Origin: Pelomyxa schiedti
Lineage: Eukaryota > Protista > Evosea
Direction: 5' to 3'
Assembly: GCA_020536535.1 (NCBI GenBank)
Contig: JAHLWZ010000895.1
Coordinates: 1-55,622, forward strand
Length of the DNA: 55,622 nucleotides
Positions 1 through 12,837 of the stretch are shown here, piece after piece. How positions within the stretch are numbered: position 1 is the first letter of the stretch; every line of letters begins with the position of its first letter. The notes under the pieces were generated by a model. That model was not told the origin of the DNA. It saw nothing but the letters and a program-made list of their open reading frames with translations, and made no database searches. The translations under genes and the position numbers were made by a program.

Positions 1-3
1 GCG

Positions 4-1439
4 ATGAGTAGATCTGATGCGTCATCAGTGCCGGATGTCGATGTTACGATACGGTCAATGTCACCTTCAGTGCCGGAGTTTACGATCCGAGTCTCTGTGA
101 ATCTCACTGTTGGCGACGTAAAGACCCTCGTGTCGGCCCGGGAGGCCGAACCAATTGACACTGCTTCGATGAAATTGATCTATGCTGGAAGAGTGCTGCC
201 TGATGCCTCTATTTTGTCTGATGTTTTTGCAGGAGTTAGTCTATCCTTTCCTTCTATGCAATTCTAATGCCCCTTCTTGCAGCGTGATTTGAACTCCCCA
301 CAGGTGGTGCATCTTGTTGTGCGGCCTATTGAGAGGCCAGTGGATAGAGATCAGGTTTGTTTCTTTTGTACAAATGCTGTTTTCACCTGAAATTCTGTAA
401 AGGTACCTGATGGCCGTCCAGGTTTCATGTAATTTCGTTTATGTGTCAATGGTTTATTCATTTTGGATAGGCCTGGCACGCCCTATGCTCCATTCCCTAC
501 TGGATTTCCAGGCGCAATGCCACCGTTTACTGGTTACCCACTGCCTCCCGGTTACCCTACACCTCCAGGATACCCTAATGTACCAATTTACCCACCACCT
601 CCCGCCTCTTTCCAACAGGCTCACCCTCAGATGGGATTTCCCCCACAGCAACCCCATGTTCCGCCACCTCCTCCCCCTCACCCGCCAACGGGATTTCCAC
701 CACAGCACACCCCACCTTATCCACCACCTCCAGGATACGGACCACCCCCAGGCTATACATTGCCTCCTCCAGGCTATGGGGTACCTCCCGGTTATGCTCC
801 TCAATTCGGGGCCCCCCCAATGGGCATGTATGGCGGAGCCTACCCAAATTTAATGAGATTCCCCCAGCCTGATCCCAGACATGTGCATAATCCAAGCCGT
901 AAATTCTTTCCTAACTTATTTACAGGTACTGGTGCAGAGGAGACGTTTAAACCTTAGCAGTATTGTATGGCGTATCATTGTAATTTTTATTTTGTGCACA
1001 ACGGCTCCCACCATGAAGACTATGTTTCTCCTACTTCTAGTTGCTGGAGTTATTTTGTATGTCTCTCCTTTTCCTGTTCTTATTCCTCATAGTATGGTAA
1101 AGATTCCGAGGATTATTCAACTTCAATTTTGGCGTTCAAGTAGGTGTTAATAGAGTGGGGCCAAATGCTGCTAACCACCCCCAAGCTCCCAACGCCGTAG
1201 AGCCGCCTGCAAATAACATCCCTCTTCAACCCAGAACAGGTAGCACTCCCTTTACAAACCTTGAGTAACCTCACGCAATAGGAGCAGACTTTTTCATCCA
1301 CAATGTGATCCTGCCGTTCTTCTACTCCATTCTGCCTTTCTGGGAACCCAGAGAACATTTAGCACCCGCCGCACAACCTCCACCACAACAACCTCCTCCT
1401 GCACAACCAGAACCTCAACAACACCCCCACAACCTGTAG
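4..1439 (+). CDS. HERP/HERPUD-like ER membrane protein with N-terminal ubiquitin-like domain (multi-exon)
   Basis: UBL domain (TVGDVK...MKLIYAGRVLPD...QVVHLVVRP), a Pro/Gly/Tyr-rich middle and a hydrophobic hairpin (IVWRIIVIFIL...FLLLLVAGVIL). Spliced C-terminus ILPFFYSILPFWEP resembles the HERP FFASLLP motif. GT-AG introns include 235-282, 883-925 and 1057-1102; stop TAG 1437-1439. Confidence 0.75.
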
Positions 1440-1749
1440 CAGAAGGAACCTCGTACTTGGTTTTTTTTTTACTGCGCACAACCAAGTGCTCTAAATACGC
1501 TAGTGAAAATATCTCCCTTCACGAATTTCTTGAACTTTCTTTTTTAGAAAAAGCAAGCACCGTCGGCGTAATTCAAGAGTGAAAGCCTGTCTGTCTGTTT
1601 CCATAGAACTCGGCAACATTGGTGCCGCGAAAGCAGGGAAAGCTTAACACTGTTGCCACAGGAAAATTTGGCTACCAGTTATTTAACTTTACTATTCTTT
1701 ATGCTTTAACAGAAAGGAAAATCCTGGAAACCAGTGGTGAAAAAACATG

Positions 1750-3519
1750 TTACTTGACAAAGTGCATGAGGAGGGGATGTATCATTTCGTCAACATCCGG
1801 TCCAGTTTTACTGATAGAATTCAAATAGGACCTAGCAGTGATGCTGAATTCTCCTCCCTCGGGAATTTCCTGAGGTGGTAAGGATTTGGTAAAGCTATGA
1901 ATACGTACATCTACAGTAATTGGTATGCAAAATGTTTCAGCTCCACAAACGCGGGATATTTTCTCGACATAGAGCTGATCATCAAATGGAATAGTGGGAG
2001 GCTCATACAAGGAAGCGCTCCCATAGTAGTCTGTATCAAAAGCGCCAGCTACCTCAGTGTGTAAATTGTTATCTACAGCCAGTGAGGTGTACATTGACCA
2101 TCCACTGATATAATGGGACACTCCAAGTACAACGAAGAACTGTGACTCATCACCAGCGGGGCCAAGTGTAAGATTGGCAAGAGATGGAGAGTGGGCATAG
2201 AGAGCATCTGCTGAAGAACCGTCACAGATAATATCTTCAAGCACGCAAGTTGTCCAGTTGACTTGTGAAGCGGAGAACGATTCAAAGTACTTCAGAGTAT
2301 ATCCTTGCATTAGCCAGTAGTTTTCAACTTGTAACCTCAATTGCTCCACACTCTCAGTGAGGCGGTCCTGTTCTGAGGTGCGGTGCCAGACAGATTTATT
2401 AGTTTACTGATGGCGATTGGAAGTTGATATCTACCATATAAACCTGTTGCAGTTGGTCTGGAAGGTTCTATTCCATAAAGCTTGACTTCTTGTGTGTTGG
2501 GTGGTCGAACTAAATATACAGGTGCTGTGGTTTTTGCAAAGTAGTTCCCTTCATCGATATTTGAAAACCCGGCTACCCTAAGGTAATTAGGCTTCTTGTT
2601 AAGTATTACGTTGTAAACCTGCTTATCATCTCAAAAGTGTCAGAGGGGGAGGTCAAGCCATATGAAAGAAACTGACCCGGCATTACGTCTGTATTCACTT
2701 GTGAAAACCCATTCTCTATAAAGGCTTGACGAATTGTTGACTCGGTATTCCTGTTGAAGGTACAATAAGGATTTTGTAGGTTATACTAACTCACATATCC
2801 CCAGTAGTTATCACTGCCGTTGTCGCAGAAAATGGATATGACCCACCTGTTGTGTCCAGAACAAGTTGATTCAAGCTGTCTCCCAAAGGATCCCATGACT
2901 TGGGTACCAGTTAATCTTGAAATACAGTATTCAAACATACAGTGAGAGGTGTATTGCCGGGAGTTGTGAGTGTATATGACTGCCAACTGAAGTATCTAGC
3001 CTGAAGTAAGTTTTATGGAATAGACAAGGAGGTACCTTGATTCTGGTGGAGTGCACCCAAGGAAAATAATCGCTTCATTTTCTTGTAGCCTCCATGTGGT
3101 TCCATTCCTTCCAAGACCCCTTTCAGGAAGCAAATACACCTACACAGACCCATCATTACAATTACAAATAACATTATTCCCTATCTTTGTGTGATGAGGA
3201 TAGCCCTCAAAGTAAAAGTAAAATGAGAATTACATACACCATACATTGATTGGGCATTAGCTCCAAAAGCAGCCTCTTCAGTCCAAAAAAAAATTCCCTC
3301 CTCCATTACCTCGTACATCTCTTGCTCCAGGGACGACCTCACCTTGTCCCACAATTCAGCTCTCCACTCAGCCGTCGTGTCGCACACTGGATCCAAGGCC
3401 GCAGCAGAAACGGCCTGGTGTCTTTCATTTTGGCGCCGGTTGGGTTGCGGAGCGGCAACAGTCGCATCCCAAATGCACAACAGCAGGACCAAAAAACCAC
3501 GCAAGAGTGCCTGGCGCAT
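1750..3519 (-). CDS. Secreted hypothetical protein (multi-exon)
   Basis: Signal peptide MRQALLRGFLVLLLCIWDATVAA. Spliced exons give TWRLQENEAIIFLGCTPPESRYFSWQSY and later FFVVLGVSH; stop at 1750-1752. Confidence 0.7.
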
Positions 3520-3683
3520 TGGCTCTGACGGCAATCAAAAATTCTCTTTTTTTTCCTGTACCTTCCTGATTCGTGTGCTTACATTTGACGTTCAGCGGAT
3601 TCTTCGATCGAACGTTAAGTTTGTTGATACTGCTGATCAGTTGGGGATTATTATTGGTGGTACTGTGCCTCCACAAGAGAAAG

Positions 3684-4806
3684 ATGCACCCTCCTCACCA
3701 TTTAAGTGATGGAATTGTGGCAGCCGCAGTTGTGGTTTGTGGTTTGTGGTTGATGGGGTGTGGTGGTGTGAGTGGGGATGTTCTGGCTGGAATCAGCTTC
3801 CCCTCATCTCTTTTCACTCTGAATGCAACTGAGGATGGTTGTGTGTGGAGACCAGTGTCTGGTGGGCCTGAGGGTGAGATGGCAGGAGGTGCGGTTGACC
3901 GAACTAAACATGTGCACTTTCCTACTCTTCTTTTTTTTTTTTTGTTCCCCTGTATTAGATACTTCATGGATTAACAGTGGGTGTTAACAGATTTATTACA
4001 TGTTTGGCGGCTTCCAAATGTGGGGCATAGACTTGGATACTGGCCAGGTCTTGAGCAAGACTTTCATTCAAGTGGGATATTTTTCTTCCCCTGTTTGTGA
4101 CTCCGTGACGGGAGAAATGTTGTTTTTAATACCCTTGAGGTTTTTATTGCTAATGTAAAACAGATATATGTCCGCCATAAATGAGACTGCGGGGCACGTA
4201 TACAGTGTTTGCAAAGTTAACAAAGAGCGGGGCTACTGTGATGTTATTTCAACAATAGCATATTCAATGGAGTGTTATCAATACTGCCCAAGGTTTTCTC
4301 TTACTTGCCTACCTTCCACTGGGTGAGTTCATAACAGTTGGAACCAAGTAGACCAACAGTACATTAAAGTGTGGGATATCCCAGAAGGTACAGCTGTACT
4401 ACTTGAGGAATTAGCAACAGTTGATGTCACTAGTGGTAATATCGTCTATCAGGTATTCTGTTCCCCAAACCCATAATAGCAATTCCTGCCCCAACGTATG
4501 TAGGTTCCCACAGAATGGACCGGGGGATTGACTACGTATGACAACGCCAACAAGAGGCTCCTATATCTGAGTACTGCACGTGTAGGTGTCCTGGATCAAG
4601 TTACTGGGAAGATCACTCTTCTTTGCAACTTCCCGGAAATCTATAACCTCGACAGTGCCGTGGTCAGTGACTCTGGAGACACTCTCTACGTGTCAGGGAT
4701 GTTCCCAGACAACAGCATTGTGCTCATGTCCTACGACCTCAATAAATGTGCGGTGAACTACTACTGCAGTGGCCCCAATGGACTCTTCTATGCCGGCCTT
4801 GTATGA
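3684..4806 (+). CDS. Secreted, beta-strand-rich hypothetical protein (multi-exon)
   Basis: ATG 3684 followed by hydrophobic IVAAAVVVCGLWLMGCGG; several GT-AG introns; last exon TYDNANKRLLYL...GLFYAGLV* ends at 4806. Confidence 0.6.
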
Positions 4807-5046
4807 ACAACTCAAAGTGAACAGCNNNNNNNNNNNNNNNNNNNNNNNNNNNNNNNNNNNNNNNNNNNNNNNNNNNNNNNNNNNNNNNNNNNNNNNNNNN
4901 NNNNNNNNNNNNNNNNNNNNNNNNNCCAGACAACAGCATTGTGCTCATGTCCTACGACCTCAATAAATGTGCGGTGAACTACTACTGCAGTGGCCCCAAT
5001 GGACTCTTCTATGCCGGCCTTGTATGAACAACTCAAAGTGAACAGC
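4705..5046. repeat. 121-bp exact direct repeat flanking a 100-N scaffold gap (probable assembly overlap)
   Basis: 4705-4825 is identical to 4926-5046 and the N run 4826-4925 lies exactly between them. Confidence 0.9.
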
Positions 5047-5126
5047 GACACCAAACACCGGAAATCCCCCACACACACCCACTTATGTGAAACCATCGAT
5101 TCATAAAAGAGCACTAATTTCCGGAA

Positions 5127-7742
5127 ATGAGAAATTCGTCGACGAGGCTTGCGGTACTCCAGCCAGAGTCACGCGACACCAACAAGGAACCCCAACCAAG
5201 TTGATATTGTGTTAGCTTTTCCTTTCTGTTCTCTAGCCGACAACAACTCCCCAGGTGGGGATGACGAGGATGAAATTGAAACGGCAGAAGCAGAGAGCTC
5301 AATTCCGAGTCTTGATGTAGGTGCCCTGTCGCCTGTTTTTCTTTTCTTTTGTTTTTGTTTTTGTTCTTGTTCTTGTTTTTGTTTTTGTTTTTGTTTGTGT
5401 CGAAGCACCCGAGATCTGATTTTTTTGCACCTCACCCAGGACAATTTTGGTACTACGGAGCCACAAGACACTAGTAGCCTGCAGCAGGCCAAGATTGGTG
5501 CCCTCACTGAGGAAAACAACTTGTTAAAGGTCCGTTCTGGTTAGCCAACCACTCTATTTTATGAATTCCCACAGTTGAGATATTTCAAATTCTTACTCCG
5601 GGCAGGGTGAAGTTTCCAGACTACGGCTGCTTAATGATAGGAAGCAGCAGGATGTGGAAAACCTTCATTCTCAAGTCAAGGCGTTAAGTTCCTTGATGGA
5701 AAAGCAAGTTTTACCAAATTCTTCAGCATCACATGACACAATTGGTACTAGTACCTTTTTTTGTATCAAAACAAAATAACAAAAAAAAAAAAAAAAACAG
5801 TAAAGCAACAAGACACAATACACTCTCTTGAAGCAAAACTGGAATCCACTGTATGTATCGGACTCACTTTGCAATTTCTGATCCCTTCAAAGGTAAATGA
5901 ATATGAACAGCAACTGCGTTATGCACAGCAACAACTAAAAGAAGTGCAGAACAAACAAGTTTCATATCGAACACACATAAAGAAAAAAGAAGGAAGCAAG
6001 CGGCGTCAGATGTTAGTTCACCTCAGTAATGCTGCCGATCAACTTGAACTTGTAAATGCTACAGCCGAGGAACATAAAGTTGCTCGCAATGCCGTTTATC
6101 ATGCTTTAGGGGAGCTGCTGTGTGTTGGCTCTGAATGCAATGATCCCTATCAGAAAACAACATTCCATTCACTCAGAGCTGTTCTGTTGCAGTTCAAAGA
6201 ATATATACTTGAAGAACTAGCAGCTCTAAAGACTTTCTGTGTTACATCTGTCTCCACTGTTATTGAATGTGTGAAAAAGCAGCAACAACTTGTTGACCAA
6301 CAAGAGCTCTCTATAAATGAAATGCAACACAGTCTAGAAAGTCTAAATACTGCTCATCAAAACAGTATTCAGCACGACAATGCACAGTCAGAATCCATGC
6401 TCGTCGAACTGCAGCAACTGCGAGAGCAGTGTAATACTCTCATGGCTGAAAAGACTGCCACATCGAACGAATTGCGAACTCTCCAAAAGAAGGCACACAG
6501 CCAACATACTAAAAATGTGGAACTGCAAAAACAGTTGGATCAGGTGACATCTGAAGTCCGGATCACAAAAGAGGAACAAAACCGCTTAATAATGAAGTTG
6601 AATGACGCTCAGCAACTCCTCAGCACGAAAGATAATGCATTAACCTCTCTTCGAGCCGACTTTACCAAGTTGGAGGCACTGCACCATTCAGAGTTGGAGA
6701 AGTTCAAAAAGACTTATCAGGAGTTGGAGCAGAGTCAGCAAAAAATGTCAATTTTGGAGTTGAGTAAGGTGAATGCAGAAACAGCACTTGGTCAGTTACG
6801 CCAAGATTACGATATCAATGCCCAGAAAATAACAGCCTCCATTAAAGAAAAAAACGGTGAAGTCACATCAGCACTCCAGCAAGTAGGCAACCTGCGGAAC
6901 CAAGTCAAGGAAAAAACGGAGGAAATTGTAACTCTCTCCAAACAGTTGGAAGACTGTGAAATCAGATTCAAAGAAAATCTCGCTGTACTTGCTGAACACA
7001 ATATGCAACTCGACCTCAAAGTGGGCGATCTAAAGGAACAAGTCTGCCAGTTCCAAAAAAGGTGCGATTTCCCTTTGCTCTATTGAATCCTTACGTTGTC
7101 GAAGTGCTTCACAGGCAGAAGCAAATTTTACTGCTTTAATTAGCACGTTATGCACTACACTCCCTCAACTTCCAAAGTCTCTACAATCAGCACTTCTTTC
7201 CGGACCTTTTGATAAGGCCACTTTAGACTTACTCTCACAGTTTCTGAAACAAGTACGCCTTTGCATAATTTCCTAGTCTCAAATTCTCCTGAATTATTTT
7301 TTTAGATGCAGAAGACCTTCACTAGCACCCAGGAACAGCTGGACAATACCAACGCAAAACTTTTCTCTACACAGTCCCGGAATGTTCTATTAGAACAAGA
7401 AGTCTCCAACCTCCAAACAAAAGGTAGAACCTCTATTCACCATCAAAAAAATACCCTCGCAAAAACCTAAATTACAATCATGCAGCCAACCATGTCAGTG
7501 AAATGGAGACCAAGTTATCCACCCTCAGGCAACGAATGCAAGCCTATCTGTCATCTGTAATGGACAAGGACAAGGAGATAGAACAACTACATGGGGAGCT
7601 TGAACACACTTGTATGTGCTTGTGGATAAAAAGACTACCTAATTCCCTTCAAAAGGCACTACTGGAATCGCCAAGGAAAAAACGAGCAATGTTTGATAAA
7701 TTGAATGAAGAAGAAAACATTTTTGCGCCATTGGCGCCGTAA
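5127..7742 (+). CDS. Long coiled-coil protein (multi-exon)
   Basis: ATG 5127; large Q/E/K/L heptad-rich exon within ORF 5761-7086; GT-AG introns join the flanking exons; stop 7740-7742. Confidence 0.75.
5336..5397. repeat. Intronic (TTTTTG/TTCTTG)n hexamer microsatellite
   Basis: Directly visible. It lengthens the intron at ~5321-5439 and produces the spurious FCFC/KQKQ ORFs. Confidence 0.85.
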
Positions 7743-7833
7743 ACTTATGCAGTGTTTTTTTTGGGATTTAAAAAAAAAAAGACCAAGGGGGCATAGTGTG
7801 TGGTTCTCGGCCTTACCTAATTGTGTGATTGGG

Positions 7834-10710
7834 TTAGCCGTGTTTGTACCTGGGTGGTCCGTCTTCCATGGTGGCAGAGGCCTGAGGGCATCCAAAGAAA
7901 GAGTCACAGATAACTGGCTGATCATCAAGGGGTTCTTCACTGGGATCAAGGCGGGGGCAGGGGGGTTCTCCCTCAGCAGCAGAAACGGGGCACGTGGGGG
8001 AGTCTTGGCCGGGGGGTGGTGCTGACAGGGATGGAGTTACAGAATCGGTGATGATATCCTCCTCAGCGGGTGGATTTGGAGCAGAGAACAGACCATCGGG
8101 TGGGTCCGGGATTTCATCAGGGTGGTCAGGGTATGCACAGACACAGGCACAGCTGTTAGGGTGCAAGTCGGGTTGGATGGTGGCGGTGTGATTAGCATTG
8201 GCATTACTATCACAACCGCAACCGCAATCGCAATCACAATCACAACTACAACTACAAACACCATCATCATTGCTGGGATTGCAGGTGGCGCTGTTGCATA
8301 GGCTCGAGATAGTGGACAGGGTGGCGTGGTGCTCACCATAGACGGTTGTTGTTGTCATGGGTCCATAGTAAGGACGAGGAGATGGTTGCCTTACTGCCTC
8401 TTCCTCCTTTCAACAGGTAAATTTATATATTGTGGTAGGAAAGCAGAGGAATACCGAGCATTTCGACATTTCTTGGACATCGTATAACATTTTCTCCAGC
8501 GTTTCCACAATCTCACTTGCAGAAGGCCGTTCACTGGCCTTCAAACTTTTGCACTTAATAATCCTTTAGTGTTAACTACATGCGAAGTGATTAACTCTTT
8601 TGTGCAAATCTTGTAGGATCTTGTCCCACTTAGTGTTGTCGATATTCAGCGGCCGAACGAAGTCATTCATAACCTGGGGTGGCATTACCAGAGAGTGATG
8701 CAGTCATGACATTATACCTCTTCAATCATGATTCCAAAACTAGTCATAGTGAGTGTTATAACTGTGAAATCATCTTAAGCACCTGTAGACATCATCTGAT
8801 TTGATGGGAGCATGACCTAGTGTGGCCAACGGAAATATCGTCACGTCTTTTATTCCTTTCATAGGTGCAGCACCCCCTTCAGGGGCAGTCAATCCAAAGT
8901 CACCAACCTGGCAAAAGTGTTCCAAAAAAAGGAAGTAAAAAAGGTTGCTAAGCGTACTAAGTACGTTTCTCCACACGAATCACGGCGGACAAAGACATTC
9001 CGCCATGCCAAGTCACTAGACAATATTAAGGGGGGAAAGAAAGGCAGTGTAAGTTACCAGTGGACATATCCTTTTGTGTGTATAAAAAGTATTGCCTTAG
9101 CTACATTCTATCCAAGTAAATAACTTACAAAAACCAATGAGTGGAGAAATACATAGAGCATTTTTAAAATCGTTTCGAAGGACAGAACTTTTCCTTTGTA
9201 CACTCTCAGTACACTGCCCTTCATTTTGGGAGTGACGATAGCGTCACCCTCCTCCACATGGATAACACCCCAAAGCGGCAATGTGTTCTCACATGAGAGT
9301 TTGCGCTGCAGCCGAGCTTCCCGTCGCACTTCAGCTTTTATTTCTTCAACTGTCATTTCAACTCCCTCGGGGGGGTGGACAAACTTGACAGCGACTTTTT
9401 TCTTTCGTCTCTTGTATTGGAACTCCCCAGGATAAACCTAAAGGTAGTTATGAGTGAGAACTTGGACACAGGTACCTTGGAAAACTTGCCCGAACCCATG
9501 GACTTCTGGTTGTCATATGTCACTTGGCCAGTAAGGTCTTCAACTGGTTTTGGTACCTGTGCGGACTAAGAGAAATATACAGCTGAAGGAAAAGTACTTC
9601 AACTTCCACGTTATTTCCTCTATTTACAAATAGGAGCTTGACAAGAGGAATGAGGCAGCTTACCGCTGCAAAGAAGACAGTTGAAATATACGCCTGCGTC
9701 AGCCACCTGGAAGTGTAGAATCGGTTCTCCTCTGTGTTCTTCTCTGCAATATTCCGGCAGGTTCTGTCCGCAGAGGCCGACTCCTTTGAAGTACCGAATT
9801 TCTGGCTGAGCCACTTTGTGACGGAAAATTTCTTCCAGAAGGAAGCCGGGGGAGGATCATGCTCATACACGTTGGACCCTGGAAACACCGGCACGCAATA
9901 TCCTTGCTCGGTAGTTTGCTCAAGAGCACCAGCAGGTGGCGCGGAGTCAAGCGCAGACTTGGCCCCACTTGGAGTGCCATAATCACCAAGAATAGCCTCT
10001 CCCTTCTTGGTGTCAACATTCTTGAAAACCATGCCATCTGCCTCGTCGCCGCCGCTTCCGATGATCGACTCGTTGATTACAGATACCCCCCCATCGCCAG
10101 TGCAAGCAACCGCTCCCGGAGCTCCCATAATATCGCTACAGCAGGACATCGGCGTCGCAGGTCTGTCCTCATACGCAGTGGTATCAAGCTGCGCGTCCGG
10201 CTCCCATGACACAGATGAAGGGGCCTGGGTGGCCAGACATGTCGCCGCCGCAGCCGTCGCAGTCGACGAAGGAACAGCAGAAGCAGCAGAATCAGAGGGT
10301 TCCACCCACTTGGATTGTCGGTGGACGCAGGAGGGCACGGGAGATGTGCACGTGACCCCCTTCATGCTATTTTCGATTGGTTTCCACTTGTATTCCGCCT
10401 GCGGGCGGTCGCCGCAGCCGTCGTTGGCGAAGTGGTACGCGTTCTTGATGAGGGCGTCGTCCGAGCCGGGGACGCCGCCGCCGGCATCATCATCATCATC
10501 ATCATCATCACCGTAACCGGCGTCTCCCTTAAACAGTCTGCAGTAGCTCCCGAGGCATGCACTTGCACCAGCGCCACCCTCGATGCGGTGGCACGAGGGC
10601 GGGCTGGCGGCGGTGGTTTCGCCAAAGGAAGGCGACGACGGGGGACGATGGCGCCGGTTGTTATCGTGGCACGCAAGCGGCCAGACCACGTTGGGACCCT
10701 CCCCTGCCAT
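7834..10710 (-). CDS. Atypical tyrosine-kinase-like protein kinase with long low-complexity N-terminus and Cys/Pro/Asp-rich tail
   Basis: Spliced motifs MGSGKFSKVYPG, VAVK, EARLQRKL, YVHCDLAWRN, VGDFG, DVYSFG and ERPSASEIV. Likely ATG (MAGEG) at 10710; stop 7834-7836. Confidence 0.85.
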
Positions 10711-11439
10711 GGCTACTCGCTTTTTTTGTTTGTGCGTTTGTTTGTTTCGTTTTGTTGTTCGTTGGCACCTGGGATAACCAACAACCAAGAGTGGAATCTG
10801 ATATTTTTTGGGAACTACCTTGTTCATCATCGGTGAATTATTCCCTGGGGAGCTGGGGACATTTACTACCTGGAAGTTGATGATCATGGATCACGTCTCC
10901 AGCGTACCACAGCACTCCCACAAGATCGGAAACCTAAATAAAAATACTCCGGCCTGGCACTTCGCCAAACTTCTGGAGGGAGTGGGGTGACTACCGTCAC
11001 TACAAGCGGAAAAGAAGGTAGACCAAGTTGGTGGCTTGGGAGGAAGGGCATCTACTACAACTCGTGTGACAGAAAACATGTTTATTACAAGGTTAAAAAA
11101 CTAAATGCAAGGGGTCAACAAACAGATGAGAACCTTCTGCAACAGGTACAACAACACGACAGGTACAGCGACAGCTACACTCCTCCAAACCACAGACAGA
11201 GGCATAGCATAGTCAGGGATTGCCATACAAGTATACTAAAACGGCACAAAGCAAAGCAAAGCACCCCGCCCCCGCACCCACCAAACGACTGGTCTCTCCC
11301 AGCACAAGGTAAACGTAGAGGGCACCAGAAAACCCCTTATCTTAATTTCATCAGCAAAACCTCTCAATCATCCTTCCCATCATGTGCAGCAGAGTCCCTG
11401 TTTTGTTGTTAGTCTTAATGCTTGGAAATAGGGAGGAGA

Positions 11440-12837
11440 TTACGTGGTGGTTGTGGTGGTGGCCAACCCAGTGGGGGAGGATGTTGCATGGTCTCTGCTT
11501 GGGCTCAGTTCCTTGGTTTCAGTGGTCTTGGTTGGGCTCCCACTCCTGCTCCTGCTGCCACTTTTTGGTCTTTCACTTACTTCCCTGGTTCTGCTACTGC
11601 TTCTACTTCTGGTAGGTTTTGAGGCGGCGTCACTTGGTAGCTTGTCCCGACTCCCACTTCTTTCCCTACTTCTGCTGCGGCTATGACTAGGACTTTTACG
11701 AACCTCCTTTTTATCTTCAGCCATCTCTCCTGGCTCTGCTTCTAACTCTGTTATTGGATTGATTAAAATAGTGACAAGGGACACGGCAAGCAACCTGACT
11801 TTCGTGGTGCAGATTTTTCTCTTGTTGGGGATTCCTCTTTCTTCATTGGTGAATCTTTGCCTGTTTTTGGGCTTTGACTTCTTTCCCTTTCTCTTCCCCT
11901 TGGTTCTCTGTCCCTTTCCCTCACCTTCTCCCTTGAACTCCTATCCCTGCTCCGGCTCCTGCTTGTCTTCTTGGGTGATTTGCTCCTGCTCGAGCCATGG
12001 CGTGGAGATCGCGACCGTGATTTTCTGGGTATCTTAAACGGAGGAGAAAAGAAATTGTACTCTTACCGTGTATGGTTGTCCCTGTCCCTGTCCCTGGATG
12101 ACGATCTATGGTGACGGGAATGAGACCGAGATCGAGATCTTGATCTTCTCCTAATGTTTGTGTTATTCACTCAATCACAATAGAATAACACAACCCATTG
12201 GTACAATCGCGGGCAATGTGACCAGGTCTACCACATGTGAAACAGCCACCCATTGGCCGGCTGTTCCTGCCCCTGTATTCGTTATGAGTTCGTTCGCTCC
12301 CGTGCACATTGTTAACGAAACAACCTTGAGTGCGGATCGGAGGGACAATCCCTTGCCCTGTGAAGTCTCTTAGTTTTTGTAAACAATTGAAAAATTATAC
12401 TGACCAATGACCTGGTCTACCACAAGAGAAGCACTGACCACTACCACCCATACTCCCCATGCCACCTCTGGGAGAGTATCTGGGGTTCTGCTTGGAAAAG
12501 TCAGAAATGTACGCCACAGAATTCTCCAAACCTTATTTGAAAACTCTACGATAATACGAGATCCGTCGAGGTCCCTAGCGTTCATTCCATGAATAGCGTC
12601 CTCTGCTGCTCGAGAGCTCTCGTATTCCTAAAGGTGAGTGTGAAAACCTCCCCTCCTAGAGGCTAAAAAATAAAATAAAATGAAATAAAAGAATTGTTAA
12701 AAAAAAGGGCTTACCAGGAACGCATAGCCATACTTGAGATCCAATGTCTTAATTCTCCCGTACCTATCAAACTTATCTTCTATGTCTCTCTCCCTCGTAC
12801 GCAGGGACAAATTCCCAATGTAGATACGTCCACTCAT
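11440..12837 (-). CDS. SR splicing factor: RRM + two CCHC zinc knuckles + RS domain (SRSF7/RSZ/RS2Z-like)
   Basis: RRM: MSGRIYIGNL...YGYAFLEYESSRAAEDAIHGMNARDLDGSRIIVEFS. Knuckles CFSCGRPGHWARDC and CFTCGRPGHIARDC, followed by an RSRSRS-rich tail. Confidence 0.92.

Noticed and set aside
4705-5046. Apparent tandem duplication of a gene 3' end
   Set aside because: The exact 121-bp copies abut both sides of a 100-N gap, which is typical of an unmerged contig overlap.
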